A DNA stretch of 64,000 bases. Origin: the human T2T-CHM13v2.0 reference genome, Homo sapiens. Below are positions 48,078 to 59,186 of the stretch, in pieces (position 1 is the stretch's first letter; every line of letters begins with the position of its first letter). The position numbers were made by a program, and so were the translations under genes. The notes beneath the pieces are model-generated. The model had not been told where the DNA came from. It was given only the letters and a program-made list of their open reading frames with translations, and did not search any database. Where the stretch lies: the NCBI RefSeq assembly GCF_009914755.1, contig NC_060925.1; one strand, written 5' to 3'.

Positions 48078-51000
48078 CTGAGATTCAGAAAGAAGGGAAA
48101 CTAACCTGGCATCAAAAGGCTCCCAGGAAAGCTCACTGACCCTCCCTCTGCCGTCACCAGCCCCCACCACTCAGATGCCATGGCATGTTCCTGATGCAGA
48201 AGTAAAGGGGTATTTATGGCAGGTGGGGGACAGTACACCTTGCAGGCTTGAAGGGCGTAACGCCTAGGTTACCTCCTCTGCGCCCCTGCTGTGATACCAC
48301 TTAGGGCACAGGAGCTCCTGTCTCCCCCATTTCTTCTCTAGCCCCCTGCTATGCTCCCATTTTAAGTCCCTGATAAACCACTGGGTAGGGATGGGAACCT
48401 ATTTGCTGCCAATGTATTAGGCATTTCTGTATAACAGTTGTAGTAGCTCCATCTCACTGAAAACTTAAATCATATGACTTGTCTAAAGTCACTCAGCTAA
48501 GAAGAAGGATCACAATGAAAACCTAGGTCTGTTCAAGTCCAGTGTCTCTGCTCCCTGCTCTCTAATTCTGGAGCTTATTCTGGCTTTGAAGATGCTGTAT
48601 CCCACTCCACCTCTCCCTCCTCTTGTACGAGGAAGGCAACCAGGATAACTGAGTCAGTTAATCCATCAATTTCAGCTACAAGAAAAAAGCCATCATCTTG
48701 AGTGAACCTGACCACAAAGGAAGAGGAGAAAGTTAATGACAGTGTCAAGGAACAGCTGAGGGACCCAGACCATGGACACAAGATTGACCACCCAAACTCC
48801 CTCAGAGCATTAGGGACTTACAAAATTCCTTAAATAGACAAATTTTGGGGATCTACTTCATAACAGCCATCTTGTAAACACCAGTAATTCAGAGAGGAAA
48901 AATGTAAAGGCTTTGGAAGACCAGGGCTCTAGTCATGACCAGGCCACTTACTAGACATGGGATGCTCCCCACAGGGCTGTGGAAAGGAGTAAATGAAGTA
49001 ACTGCAGGGAAAGTGTATAACATGGTATCTGTCAAACAGAAGGCACCAAATAGGTATTTGTTTTCCTTCTCCTTTCTCTAGCCTCCCTCCTGGAGCTCCC
49101 AATCTGATAGGTGACATAAGACTTATACACAAATAATCATAACACAACAAAAGTACCATAAAAAGGGACAGACTGTATGGAAGTTTGGCTGAAAGGGCAG
49201 GGGTGGTTATGAGAACTGCTTCTTGCCAAGGAAATCAGGAGAGGTCCACGGAGAAAGTGAGACTGCCACAGGTGGATGCAGAGGAGAAGAGGCATGGAAA
49301 ACATCACTGGTGAAAACAGATAGGAAAAGGAAGTTGCCTGGTTTTGTTGGAACCTATGGTCCACCAAAAGAAACTGAGAGAGGTAAGACTGTACAGGAAA
49401 CCTAAGGCCAGTTACGGCCAGCATTGAGCATCACGCTAAAGGGAAGGAATTTTACTCTGGGAATTATGAGAAACCATTTTAAGTTTCTGAGCAAGAAAGA
49501 CAAGATGGCCGCTGCACGCAGAAGGGCCTGGAGAGAGGGGGAACGGGCAGCGGGGAGCCTCACAAGAGGACTACAGCTGGAACCATGGCACTGGCAGGGG
49601 GCATGGAGGAGAAAGAGAAGAAAAACAGTAAGCAGGCAGGACCATCCGAACAGATCCTCAAAGCTGCCATGGACCTCACTTCCCTGTCCCCACAGGGAGG
49701 CTGCTGGAGACAGAGCCTATTTGGGGAACACAAACCACGGGTCTGACACGTCTGAGATGAGCTGCCGAGCCTCTGCCTCCACTCTCATTCAGACACTCAG
49801 CTTTTCCGAACTACTCCAAGCACCAGGCTGATGAGGACATGGGAAACCCACGCTCTGGCAAAGCCGGGCCCAGGTGTTGAACCCCTACCCAGACGCCTTC
49901 CACCTGAATCCCCACCCAGGACTGTGTCCAAGGGTGGGACTAGGCGGCTCTGCCCCTAGAGCCACCTTCATTGCGGCAGCCACCACTGTGCCTGCCTCTG
50001 CTGTGCTTTTGCCCCCCCTTCCCCTCCTCCGTCATAGCCCCCGCCCCCCGCCCACTCTGCGGAACTGGCACAGCAGGACAGAAAAACCAACGCCACCATG
50101 TCGGAGACCAGCAGAAATGGCTCCAAAATGGCAGCTCATCAGAGGAGTCCAGAAAGATCATAAACCCACCCAGGGAAAAGAGGGGAAGCCAGTGACAAGG
50201 GGAGTAAACTGTCAAAACTACCTCCCAACCAAGCCCCCGATAATCATCACATCTTTTCCTTCAGAAACATCCTCTCAAAAATCAGATGGGACATGAGTGA
50301 AAGAAGGGTGCCACCCCCTCCACCAGAGAGGCCCTAGGGGCCATAGGTGGTATGGGGCACTCAGAAGGATGTTCTGTAGCCTCTTCCCCAAGATGAGGCT
50401 AGAAAACCACCACTTTTGTCCTCAAGCTTGGCTCCTGCCAGTAACTAGACAAGAGTTAGCCCTCCCAGGGATTGCAGTCCTTCACTGCTACCCAGTCAGA
50501 CCCTCCCCAGCTCTATGGGCCCTGGGGAGCAAGAAGGTAGGGTTGCAAGGAAGGGCCGAGAAGGCGCGTGCCATGCCCTCAGTTATGTAATAAGAAGGGC
50601 GGTGCTCGTCCTAGGCCAGAGACCCAGGGCGCACTGCGCTTCCAGATGCGCAGTCACGGGTGGGGGCCACTGCGCATGGCGCAGGGCTTGGTAAACCCCC
50701 TCCCCACAAACGTGAGACCTGCGACAAAGACAGGTTAGAGAGCCGGGACCCTGATTTTTCGAGGCCTCCCTCCCCCAACCAAAGGCGGACAGCCTGCTGC
50801 CCTAGTTTTATTCTGATTCTCCTCATTCCCTAGACTGACAAACCTTTCTAACCCGGGGCCTCCAAACCTCCCGTCTCCCACTGACTTTTCTGGAAATCCC
50901 ACCAGATGCGGAGTTTCGAGCAATTTCCTGGGGTCAGTCCCCCATCCTCACCTTTCCAAGCACCACGTAGTAGTAGCTTCCAGAAGGTAGATCTTTCCCA

Positions 51001-51469
51001 TACTGGGCTCAGCTCACAACTGGCTCTTGAGGGCCTCTGGACAGCCCCGGACGTCAATGCAAATCTGTTGTCCCCAGGGAGTAGCCCAGAGTCAGCAGGA
51101 AGCCCAGGGTGGTGGCAGTATCAGCAGCAGCAGCTCTGCCCTACCTTGCCCATGCGTTTCCAGGGGAGCCAAGAATTATTTTGCCGCAACACTGAGGTGT
51201 GGCTGATTGGAAAATTCCCTTTTCCAACACCAAACTACAGAATAAATATTTTCTTCCAATTTGGTCAACCCTCTGCATACCCATCTCCCTAGCATTCTTC
51301 CCTCTAAATAAAAAGTTTTGGGAGCCCTGAGCTCTTCCTCCTTATAGTGCGTGAAATTTTAAAAGGCATAGGAAGAGGCTTCAACTGGGCAGTCAAAAGC
51401 AGGCATAGACACAGGAGCCTACGCACACCCCTAAAGAGATTTTAGAAAGCTGCTGGGCTTCTCCCCGCT

Positions 51470-51670
51470 CCCCTTTAAGCAAGTGAAATGCAAATTCAGA
51501 TTTGATACCCTGCCCTGAGCCAATCAAAAAAAGCTTTTCACCTGCCATTGGCCCACCCACCAATCAGAGGAAGTGTCTGGAGGGAGAGCCCTCCCCTGGC
51601 CAATGGAAGGCCAGCTCAGTCACTTAGTTAATGATGCAGCAGTACAGGGAAGGCCATCACATGTGAACTG
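51470..51670 (-). promoter_or_regulatory. Promoter-like motif cluster, probable TSS region of the miR-29b-2/c host gene
   Basis: TATA-like TTAAAG on - (51473-51478); octamer ATGCAAAT 51488-51495; CCAAT/ATTGG at 51520, 51547, 51560, 51600; ETS GAGGAAGTG 51567-51575; E-box CACATGTG ~51658. Confidence 0.65.
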
Positions 51671-52419
51671 GAAGGGAGCCAACATGGAGACACAGAGAGC
51701 GCAAGGTAAACAACTTTCCAACGCCAAAAGGATGACATTTAATCTCTAAATGCTAGCTTCCCTTCTTAGCTCATCCTTAACCCCTCTCAGCTGGCCACAG
51801 AGACCCCAGGAGCCTCACTACCTGTCCCCATAGAGCTCCTAACCAGATGCAACAGTGACTGCGTCACCATTCCCCACTTTTCCCAACTACGCAGTGACAA
51901 ACCTACCAGCTTTACCCCACTTCTCCCAGCCCACACCCCACCCTGGCCACTCGGCTCCCCACCAGCCTCAGAATCCCAGGGCCAGACCTTTCAATAAGGC
52001 AACCCCTGGGAAAAAACTGTCCCTCTGTCTTCCTTTCGGCACTTCTCACTCCCTTACCTTCCACATAAGACCTGCACGGACAGACAGATGGACGCTGACA
52101 CCCAAACAACTTGGAGAACCAGTCTGTCTGTCCACTAGAAGGAAATAGGGTAAAAGCTGGGAGGTCAGGTGGGAAGCAGGGGATGGTTCACTCCTCTCAC
52201 CTCTACCCTGGTCAGGCTTGAGCAGCTGACACTAGGGAAAAGAAATTAAAGTGGGAAAAAACCCTCCCTCAGAGAAATAAATAGCAAAAATCGAGAAAGA
52301 AGGTGAGAAAGACAGAGCACCCACATACACAGAGACAGCGCCCCTGATCCCAGCAAATACATACGTGGGGGAAGAAGGGGGTTACGCCATCAAGTCCTGA
52401 AGCCCGTCGGACCACCCAT

Positions 52420-52430
52420 CGCCGCCTGCG
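52420..52430. promoter_or_regulatory. Three CpGs of the C1orf132/MIR29B2CHG age-associated methylation marker
   Basis: GGACCACCCATCGCCGCCTGCGCAGACCC with CpGs at 52420, 52423 and 52429 matches, from memory, the forensic bisulfite assay target; lies in a CpG-rich patch at ~52290-52600. Confidence 0.75.
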
Positions 52431-52762
52431 CAGACCCAAATCTTGGTCCCGCCGTAAGGTGCCGCAGTCCCGAATGTTCCAGAATTTGGTCCCATCAAAC
52501 CCTCCACCGTCGCCCCACAACCTCTTGCTCCCACCCCTGCCCCCCACCACCACCCCACCTCCTCCCCACGGGAACCGCCCGTGCCACCTTGCGTGTCATC
52601 TCCTAGCCTAGGCTACCCAGAGGCCTCTGGCCCTGACAGATCTCTGAACGCTCAGCAAGTGAGCTGGCAGAACCTGGTGCCTGGTGTTGCTATGACTTGT
52701 TTCTTGATTTCTCTCTCTCTCTCTGCTGCAGCACGGCTGTTGCTAGCAGACCTATCGACGGA

Positions 52763-52784
52763 GCTTGCTTGCTCGCTCGCTCTC

Positions 52785-52826
<42 letters not shown>
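52763..52826. repeat. (GCTT/GCTC)n(CT)n microsatellite; shorter (CT)n at ~52709-52724
   Basis: Read directly. Confidence 0.95.
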
Positions 52827-52829
<3 letters not shown>

Positions 52830-54962
52830 TCTGTGACGCAGATCTAAATTCTCCAGTCTGCTCCTTGTGTTGCAAGAGCAGAACTGCAGCTTTTCCCCTG
52901 GAGAGCCGGAGGGCAGTGCCAAGGCTGGTCAAACAAGGCAAAAAAAGTTGGGCCTACACTCTGCTTCCTTGGCCACACTTTTCAGCTCACACCCTCCCAC
53001 CTCACCCCTCCTGCACCTCACTGCTCTGGGGCATAGAGGTCCCTGTCCTTTCAGGCTCACTCCTTCCCTGAGGCCTTCTCAGGCATAAGAGTAGCTTAAC
53101 TCTTTGAGTGGCAGCCCCCAGTGCCCAGACAGGGCTGCCCTGTACTAAATGTTGCAACATGTTTTCTTGAGCCATATGGGCTTCTCCAGCCCTGAGAAAA
53201 AATGTTCCTCACCCTGACCACTGTCCCATTAACTCTTTGTGCCACAGACAAGTCCAGGATTACAGTCATAGCTGATTTCTGTTGTTTTTTGCCTTTTTGG
53301 CCAAAAACCAGGACCTTTTTCTCCCTGGAATTTCTTAAGGACAAAAAGCGTAATTAAAACATTGCCTGCCTACCCCACACATGAGATCCTTCTATCAGGG
53401 CAGGAATTTGAAAAACCAAATTGAACTGCAGCCTGAAGAATCCAGAGTAAAACCAGTCTGGATATCCATCCTTCCTGGGCTCAAAATTTTAGGGCCTAGG
53501 TAAATACGTTCAATTACTTTTCAAGTAATTGGCCACACAGTCTCAGAGATTTGGGTTGCTGAGTCATTTGTTCCCAAGAAGATCTGACAACATGAAAAAC
53601 AGCAAAACAGAGCAACAGCCAAGCCTGGACCTGAAGTGGCCAATGACTGGGTTCTCCTCTCCAGCATGGGCAGTCAAGCAAGATGAGCATCCACGAGCCG
53701 ACCCCCAACCCCTCCACAATGTTCATGCATGGATGTCCACACTCCTGGAAACTCTTCCAGGAAGGGGCGGTCCACCAATGATCTAGAGATGGAGTGGGGT
53801 TGTTTTTGGATACTCACAGGTCTCCACTACAGCAAGCAAAGAGCCCCCAACATTTTCCTGCCCCTCCCCCCAGACGCAAAAATGCTTCCAAGAACAACTG
53901 AGATACTAAATCACTAGACCCTACATACCCAGATAGACCAAGGGAGTGTTGGGTTCCCACACTGCTACATCCAAAGAATGCAGAAAGGTTCCCGACAACC
54001 AGTTGTACCATATGAGCCTAGACTTGACCAGAAGTGAGTGAGATATTCAGGTCCTGGGTCAGGTAACTTATGAAGTCTATGACATCAAGAACCTTGCAAC
54101 TTCCAGGAAGATGAATGAGAATGCGAGGCCAGGCAGCTACCTTATCCCATATCTGCTTCCCAGGCAGCCTTCTTCAAGCAACTACTCTGGGCCAAAGTTT
54201 CATCCGGCAGAAAGAAGGACCACTTGGAAGACAAGCATGGCACTACACAGTTTTAAAAGAAGACCAGAGTATCTGTGCCAGGCTCCCAGCAGGGGGGAAA
54301 GTGCTTCAAATTCACACCTTCTGGGCTCCAAGGTTGAGCATGCCAATAAAGAAGTTACCTACTGGTCTGATGACCAAAGGAACGTGGCCTTGATGGCACT
54401 AAAGCAAGTCCCCCAGAAAGGTCCTCTGGTTACTTAAATCCCATTTGCCGTAGTTTCCTTCTCCATGGAAGAAAAACATGCCTAAGTTCATGTCAGGACA
54501 TTCCTGATTTATCCAAGAGCCCAGGATCAAATAAACAAAGGGCTCTGAGCTCTGCCAGGGAGCCTCCTCCTTCAGGAGGCAGAACTAGAGGGAAGTAGGC
54601 TTGGTATAGAGCTGGCCCATCACCCCATGAACTTGGTGAGTGACGTGGCTGCTCACTGCCATGGCGATGGGGATGTTACGGGTGGGTGGAAGTGAGAGAA
54701 GAGGCAAATAAGTCATGAGAGACGAAGCGAAAGCGAGGCAGGGTCACAGGAGGAACCTACAAAGCCACAGAATTTGTACAGAGGCCGACTGTAGTCTATG
54801 ACCGCAGCAAAACTAAGCTGAGTCCCTGCAAAGATAAGTCCCCATCTCAGGGGTGCGGCATGAACCAACTATGACTCGCAAAAACCTATGACAACACTAC
54901 GTTCAGCAAGGCTTTGTTTCCTTTCATTTTCCCTCTAAATCTTTTCCTTCCCATGACCCCGT

Positions 54963-55191
54963 TGGTACGGCTTTGATGACTGGAAGAACACTAGGGTTTT
55001 CGGTTTTGCTCCGGTTTGAATAAAATGACACAGACATACATGGAGTGGTTTTAAAGAGTGGAGAATTTAATAGGCAAGAAAGAAGGAAGAGGCTTTTCCT
55101 GTACAGAGACAGAGGGGGGCTTTAAGCCGAAAGAGGGAACCTTGAGTGCGGTGGAAAACAGCCAGTTATATGAGGAGGCTGGAGGAGGCAG
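54963..55191 (-). mobile_element. Truncated MER61-family ERV1 LTR
   Basis: TGGTACGGCTTTGATGACTGGAAGAACACTAGGG...GGAGTGGTTTTAAAGAGTGGAGAATTTAATAGGCAAGAAAG; stops abruptly near 55191. Confidence 0.65.
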
Positions 55192-57629
55192 GATTAAAAC
55201 AGTCATTTTAGGTACCTCTGCCCAATTCTAGGTCTTCCTTCTATTAACCTGATTCTACAAGGCACCAAGAACAAAAAAACCCGAATGGGATGACCAGGAA
55301 GCAGAAATGAATTCAGTTCCAAAAACATGGGAGGATGTTTACTTAGCAAGCACGCTCGAGCCTACAAGGAAGCAGTTTTACAGGGTGCTGCATGCAGTGT
55401 TTGATTTCAGGGGGTAAAGATAACCTCAGAGTGGGGAAAAGGTGCTGGCTCCTTCTACTCACCCTCAGAGGCTTGGGGAGGCCAGGCCAGCACAAACTTG
55501 AAAAGGCAAGGCTTCAGCTCAAGCCCAACAGGTTGCCGGCTCTCTTTGGCTCCTCGGCAGCTACCGGACTCAGGAACTAAACAAACTCTCCAGACTTCAT
55601 GAGCATTCCGTGGCCTCCGACTGATCTGGGTCAAAACTTCGAAATGCCAAAGACAAAGAATTTTTTTCTTTAAAGGGGAATGAGCTGAACTTTGACCCGC
55701 CCTTGTTCAGGGTGTGGAATGCAAGCACTGTGTACCGGCCACAAACTCCAGTTCGGCAGGCAACAGCCAGAAAAGCAGTCTTCATGCCGGCTTCATGCCG
55801 GCCTCCCTGTCCTGTTTCCTCTTTAGGGCCAACTCGACGGGGTCTAGGTCTTTACCTCGCTCTCCAGACAGGGAAGCTGTGCAGAGGACACATTCCAATC
55901 TCTGTTATCTAGAGCTAGAGTGGATGTTCTAGATAAATCTGGCAGCGATCTGGTCTCAGGTGGAACTGACAGGCCCAGTCCACAGCAAGATGGCATTTCT
56001 GTTCACTCCCTGGGAGCTGGTGGACAACAGGCGCTTGGTTACCACCTGAGGTAAATCATTTATTAAGTACCTACTAAGTGCTAAGCCAAGATACAGCACA
56101 GGAAAAGCATCAGAAACAGTCCATCATGGAGAACACACACATTCCAGCTGAGGCTAAGTATTCCCAAATTTGCATTGCTGATATTTAAAACATCTGCTTA
56201 CTTTAAAAGCTGAGATCCACTTTTGCAATGAAATAATATCAAACATACTGCTTGGTTCCCAGGCTAGCTCACAAAAGCCCATTTTATCCACTCCAGGAAG
56301 TCATCAACTCCAGTGTCTTCAGGGGCCATGCAGGTAATGAAGGAGTACAGTGGCCTGGGGAGGGGATGTGCCCAGTGGAAGGACCGTGCCACTCCTGATG
56401 GGCCACCCTCCTGGCTCTGCCTGCTGGGGACCATCTGGGAACAGAGACCCAAAGAGTCCAGATCATCCAGGTTTTCAGGGCAAGGCGGAAAACTAGCTTT
56501 ATGTTAAACTCCTGATTTTTTTTTTAACACTGTCCAGATATTTTAATGGTCAGAACATACCTATAGAGCTTCCAGTTTGTTCTCCTGGTTGTAATGTGTC
56601 TAAAATACAATACGTTTGTAATAAAAAAAAAAAAAAAAAAGAGCAAGCATTGCCAGAGTGAGGAATTAAATAAAATAAAGAACATACCCAAAGAGGAAAA
56701 CTTTACCTCACACATCTGCCATTTGAGGAAAATAATAAGCATAGAGGAAAATGAGGAAAATTTAAAACTTCCCTGAGGGCTGCAGGTGGAGAGGTGTATC
56801 GAAATGACTTCCAAGTATACGTGATTTAACTGAAGTAGTAATAATATGTGTGCATCCTGACCTGCCAGCTAGGCAGAAAAGTCATGCTGATATACTGGCT
56901 CTGTCTCCCAGTTGAGAGCGCTTCTCTGGACATCCACAAAACGTCCATCCAGGGCTTTGGTGATAAGATTGGAAGGGCTTATCATAATCCAGCTGCCCAT
57001 TCAAGACACAGTACCCTCCACAAACACCACCGTGACCAAGTCATGGTCTAGCCCCAACTTGATTCAATAACTCCCACCACACCTTTGGAGGGTTCAGACA
57101 AGTGGAACACAACTGAGATGAAATCTCTCTGCAGGGAAATATTAGCCTTCAGGTCTCCACTCTGCCTCTGGAGCCCCAGAGAACAAGCCTACTCCCCCAA
57201 AGACTTGGAGACACTTTAGGATGGTTTTTACAACCAGAAGTTTTTAGGCTAAACAAGAAGGTACAAAAAGGGAAATTAAAAAGGAAGGGCGGGGGGAAGA
57301 AGCCAGAGAGAAATATTCTCGAAATAACTGATCAAAAGTTAACAAGCCAAAGGAAAAGAGGAAGAGACACAGGCATTCATGAGACAGGAGCCTCTTGTGG
57401 CCAAACCAATAGCAAGTGAAGAAGCACATGGGAAAGGAAGGGCCCACAGTCCATACACAAAAGAAAATGCCAAGAGCCACCAGATCAGACAGTTCCCAAG
57501 GCCAGCCACCAGGCTGTGCCAGTGATCCAGGACATACTGGTTAGAACCTTGCACTGGGAGAAGAAAACTGCATACAACTCACAATTGTTCAGTATGGAAC
57601 TTTTTTCTGTCCAGGGGGAAGGGTTTCTT

Positions 57630-58100
57630 TTACTGATGGATTTGTTGGAGTTATTTATATATTCTGGATATGAATCCACTTGCCAGGTATAGGTACTGAG
57701 TATATCTTCTCCTCTCTGCTTGGCTTCACTCTCTTTTATTGATGTCATTTGATAATCAGAAGCTCCTCATTTTAATGACATCCAACTTATCAGTCTTCTC
57801 CCTTAGAGTTAGTGCTTTCTGTGTCTTCTTTAAGAAATGTATGGCTACCCCAAAGTTATAAAGATATTCTATGCTATCTTGTAGATGAAGTTTTGTTTTA
57901 ATTTTCACATTTAGATTGATGATCGCTTTGGAATTTATTTTTGTATATGATCAAGATTCATTTCTTTCCTGTGGATATCCAGTTGAACCAGCACTGTTTA
58001 TTAAAATAACCATCCATTCCCCACTGCCCAGCAGTGCCTTCTTCATCATAAATCAGGTGTCCAGATACATATAGGTCTGTTTCTGAGCTCCCTGTTCCAT
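57630..58100 (-). mobile_element. Ancient L1M ORF2 fragment
   Basis: TTATATATTCTGGATATGAATCC...GTGGATATCCAGTTGAACCAGCACTGTTTATT; ORF-track peptide ETDLYVSGHLIYDE...FNKQCWFNW. Confidence 0.7.
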
Positions 58101-58399
58101 TTCTTTGGTAGAAATAAGACAAACAAATAGGTCTGCTATTACGGTGTAGATCACTAATTGTAAATCTGGTCATTTTAACATGTTTACAAGTAAGGTTTAG
58201 GAAAATACACTGAGGGGCCAATTGTGAGAAGCCAGCTTGATGTGGACATGCATAGTCTGAGAAGAGAACTCCAGCCTGGGCTTCTGAGAATGAATAGGAT
58301 GAGCAAGAACTGGTAAAGAAATAGCATCACTAGCTAAGGAAGGGGACAGCAAGAAGAAAAGCACAGAAAAATAAAAATCAGCCTTATTTTTTTGTGGAG

Positions 58400-58980
58400 A
58401 GCAACATAGTGATTAAGAGTACAGACTCACACAGTTTAGGAGACAGCTTGCATCCAAATCCCCTAATACTATTTAGCTGTGTCACCTTGGGCAAGTTACC
58501 TTGGCCTTTCTGGCCTCAGTTTCCTAATCAGCAAAATGGGGGTAATCTTCCTCATTGAGCTATAAGATTAAATGGGTTAACTAATGCATATCTTTTAGTA
58601 CAGAGCTTACCACTGCAAGCATTCATTCAAAAAATGCTGTGTGCTATCATCATCATCATTAGTGACACCATGGAGAACAGCTGGACTGTCAGAGCAATCT
58701 TGCCATTCAACCAACATTTATAGAGTACTTAACTACCAAACAAAAATATTACATTTAGTGGTTAAAAACTCTAACTCTAAAATGAGATAGATTTGAATCT
58801 GAATTCTAGTGCAGCCTCTTGACTAATTATATAAACTTGAACAACTTACTTAACCTTTCTAAGTTTCTAGTTTCAGCTTCATCTATACTTCATTGGGATT
58901 TTCTTGGAGAGGATGTGAGATACAGAAGTAATGCAGCACAAGGCCCAACACAGAATAAGTGCTCAATTAATCCCAGCTAT
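58400..58980 (+). mobile_element. Two MIR (tRNA-derived SINE) remnants
   Basis: MIR core: AGCTGTGTCACCTTGGGCAAGTTACC...GCCTCAGTTTCCTAATC; second copy at ~58755-58980. Confidence 0.65.
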
Positions 58981-59040
58981 CACTATGATGATGAGAATGA
59001 CAACAATGGTGACATAAAGATTTTGCATTTGGTATAAGAA

Positions 59041-59186
59041 AAAGCCTACCAACACCTCAAAAGACTTAGAATACCTAGCATTCTCAGATCTTCCATCCAA
59101 GTACTAACCAGACACAACCATACCTAGCTTCATATTGACGAGATAAGTAGACAAGATCAAGTGTGTTCAAGTGGTAGGCCCAAGAC
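59041..59186 (-). pseudogene. Degenerate 5S rRNA pseudogene
   Basis: CCATCCAAGTACTAACCAG (box C region), AAAGCCTAC..CACC (3' end) and GTGTTCAAGTGGTAGGCCCAAGAC (5' end) match the reverse complement of 5S rRNA. Confidence 0.82.

Noticed and set aside
54963-55191. MER61-borne p53 response element controlling miR-29
   Set aside because: The LTR is truncated and I see no paired RRRCWWGYYY in the retained part.
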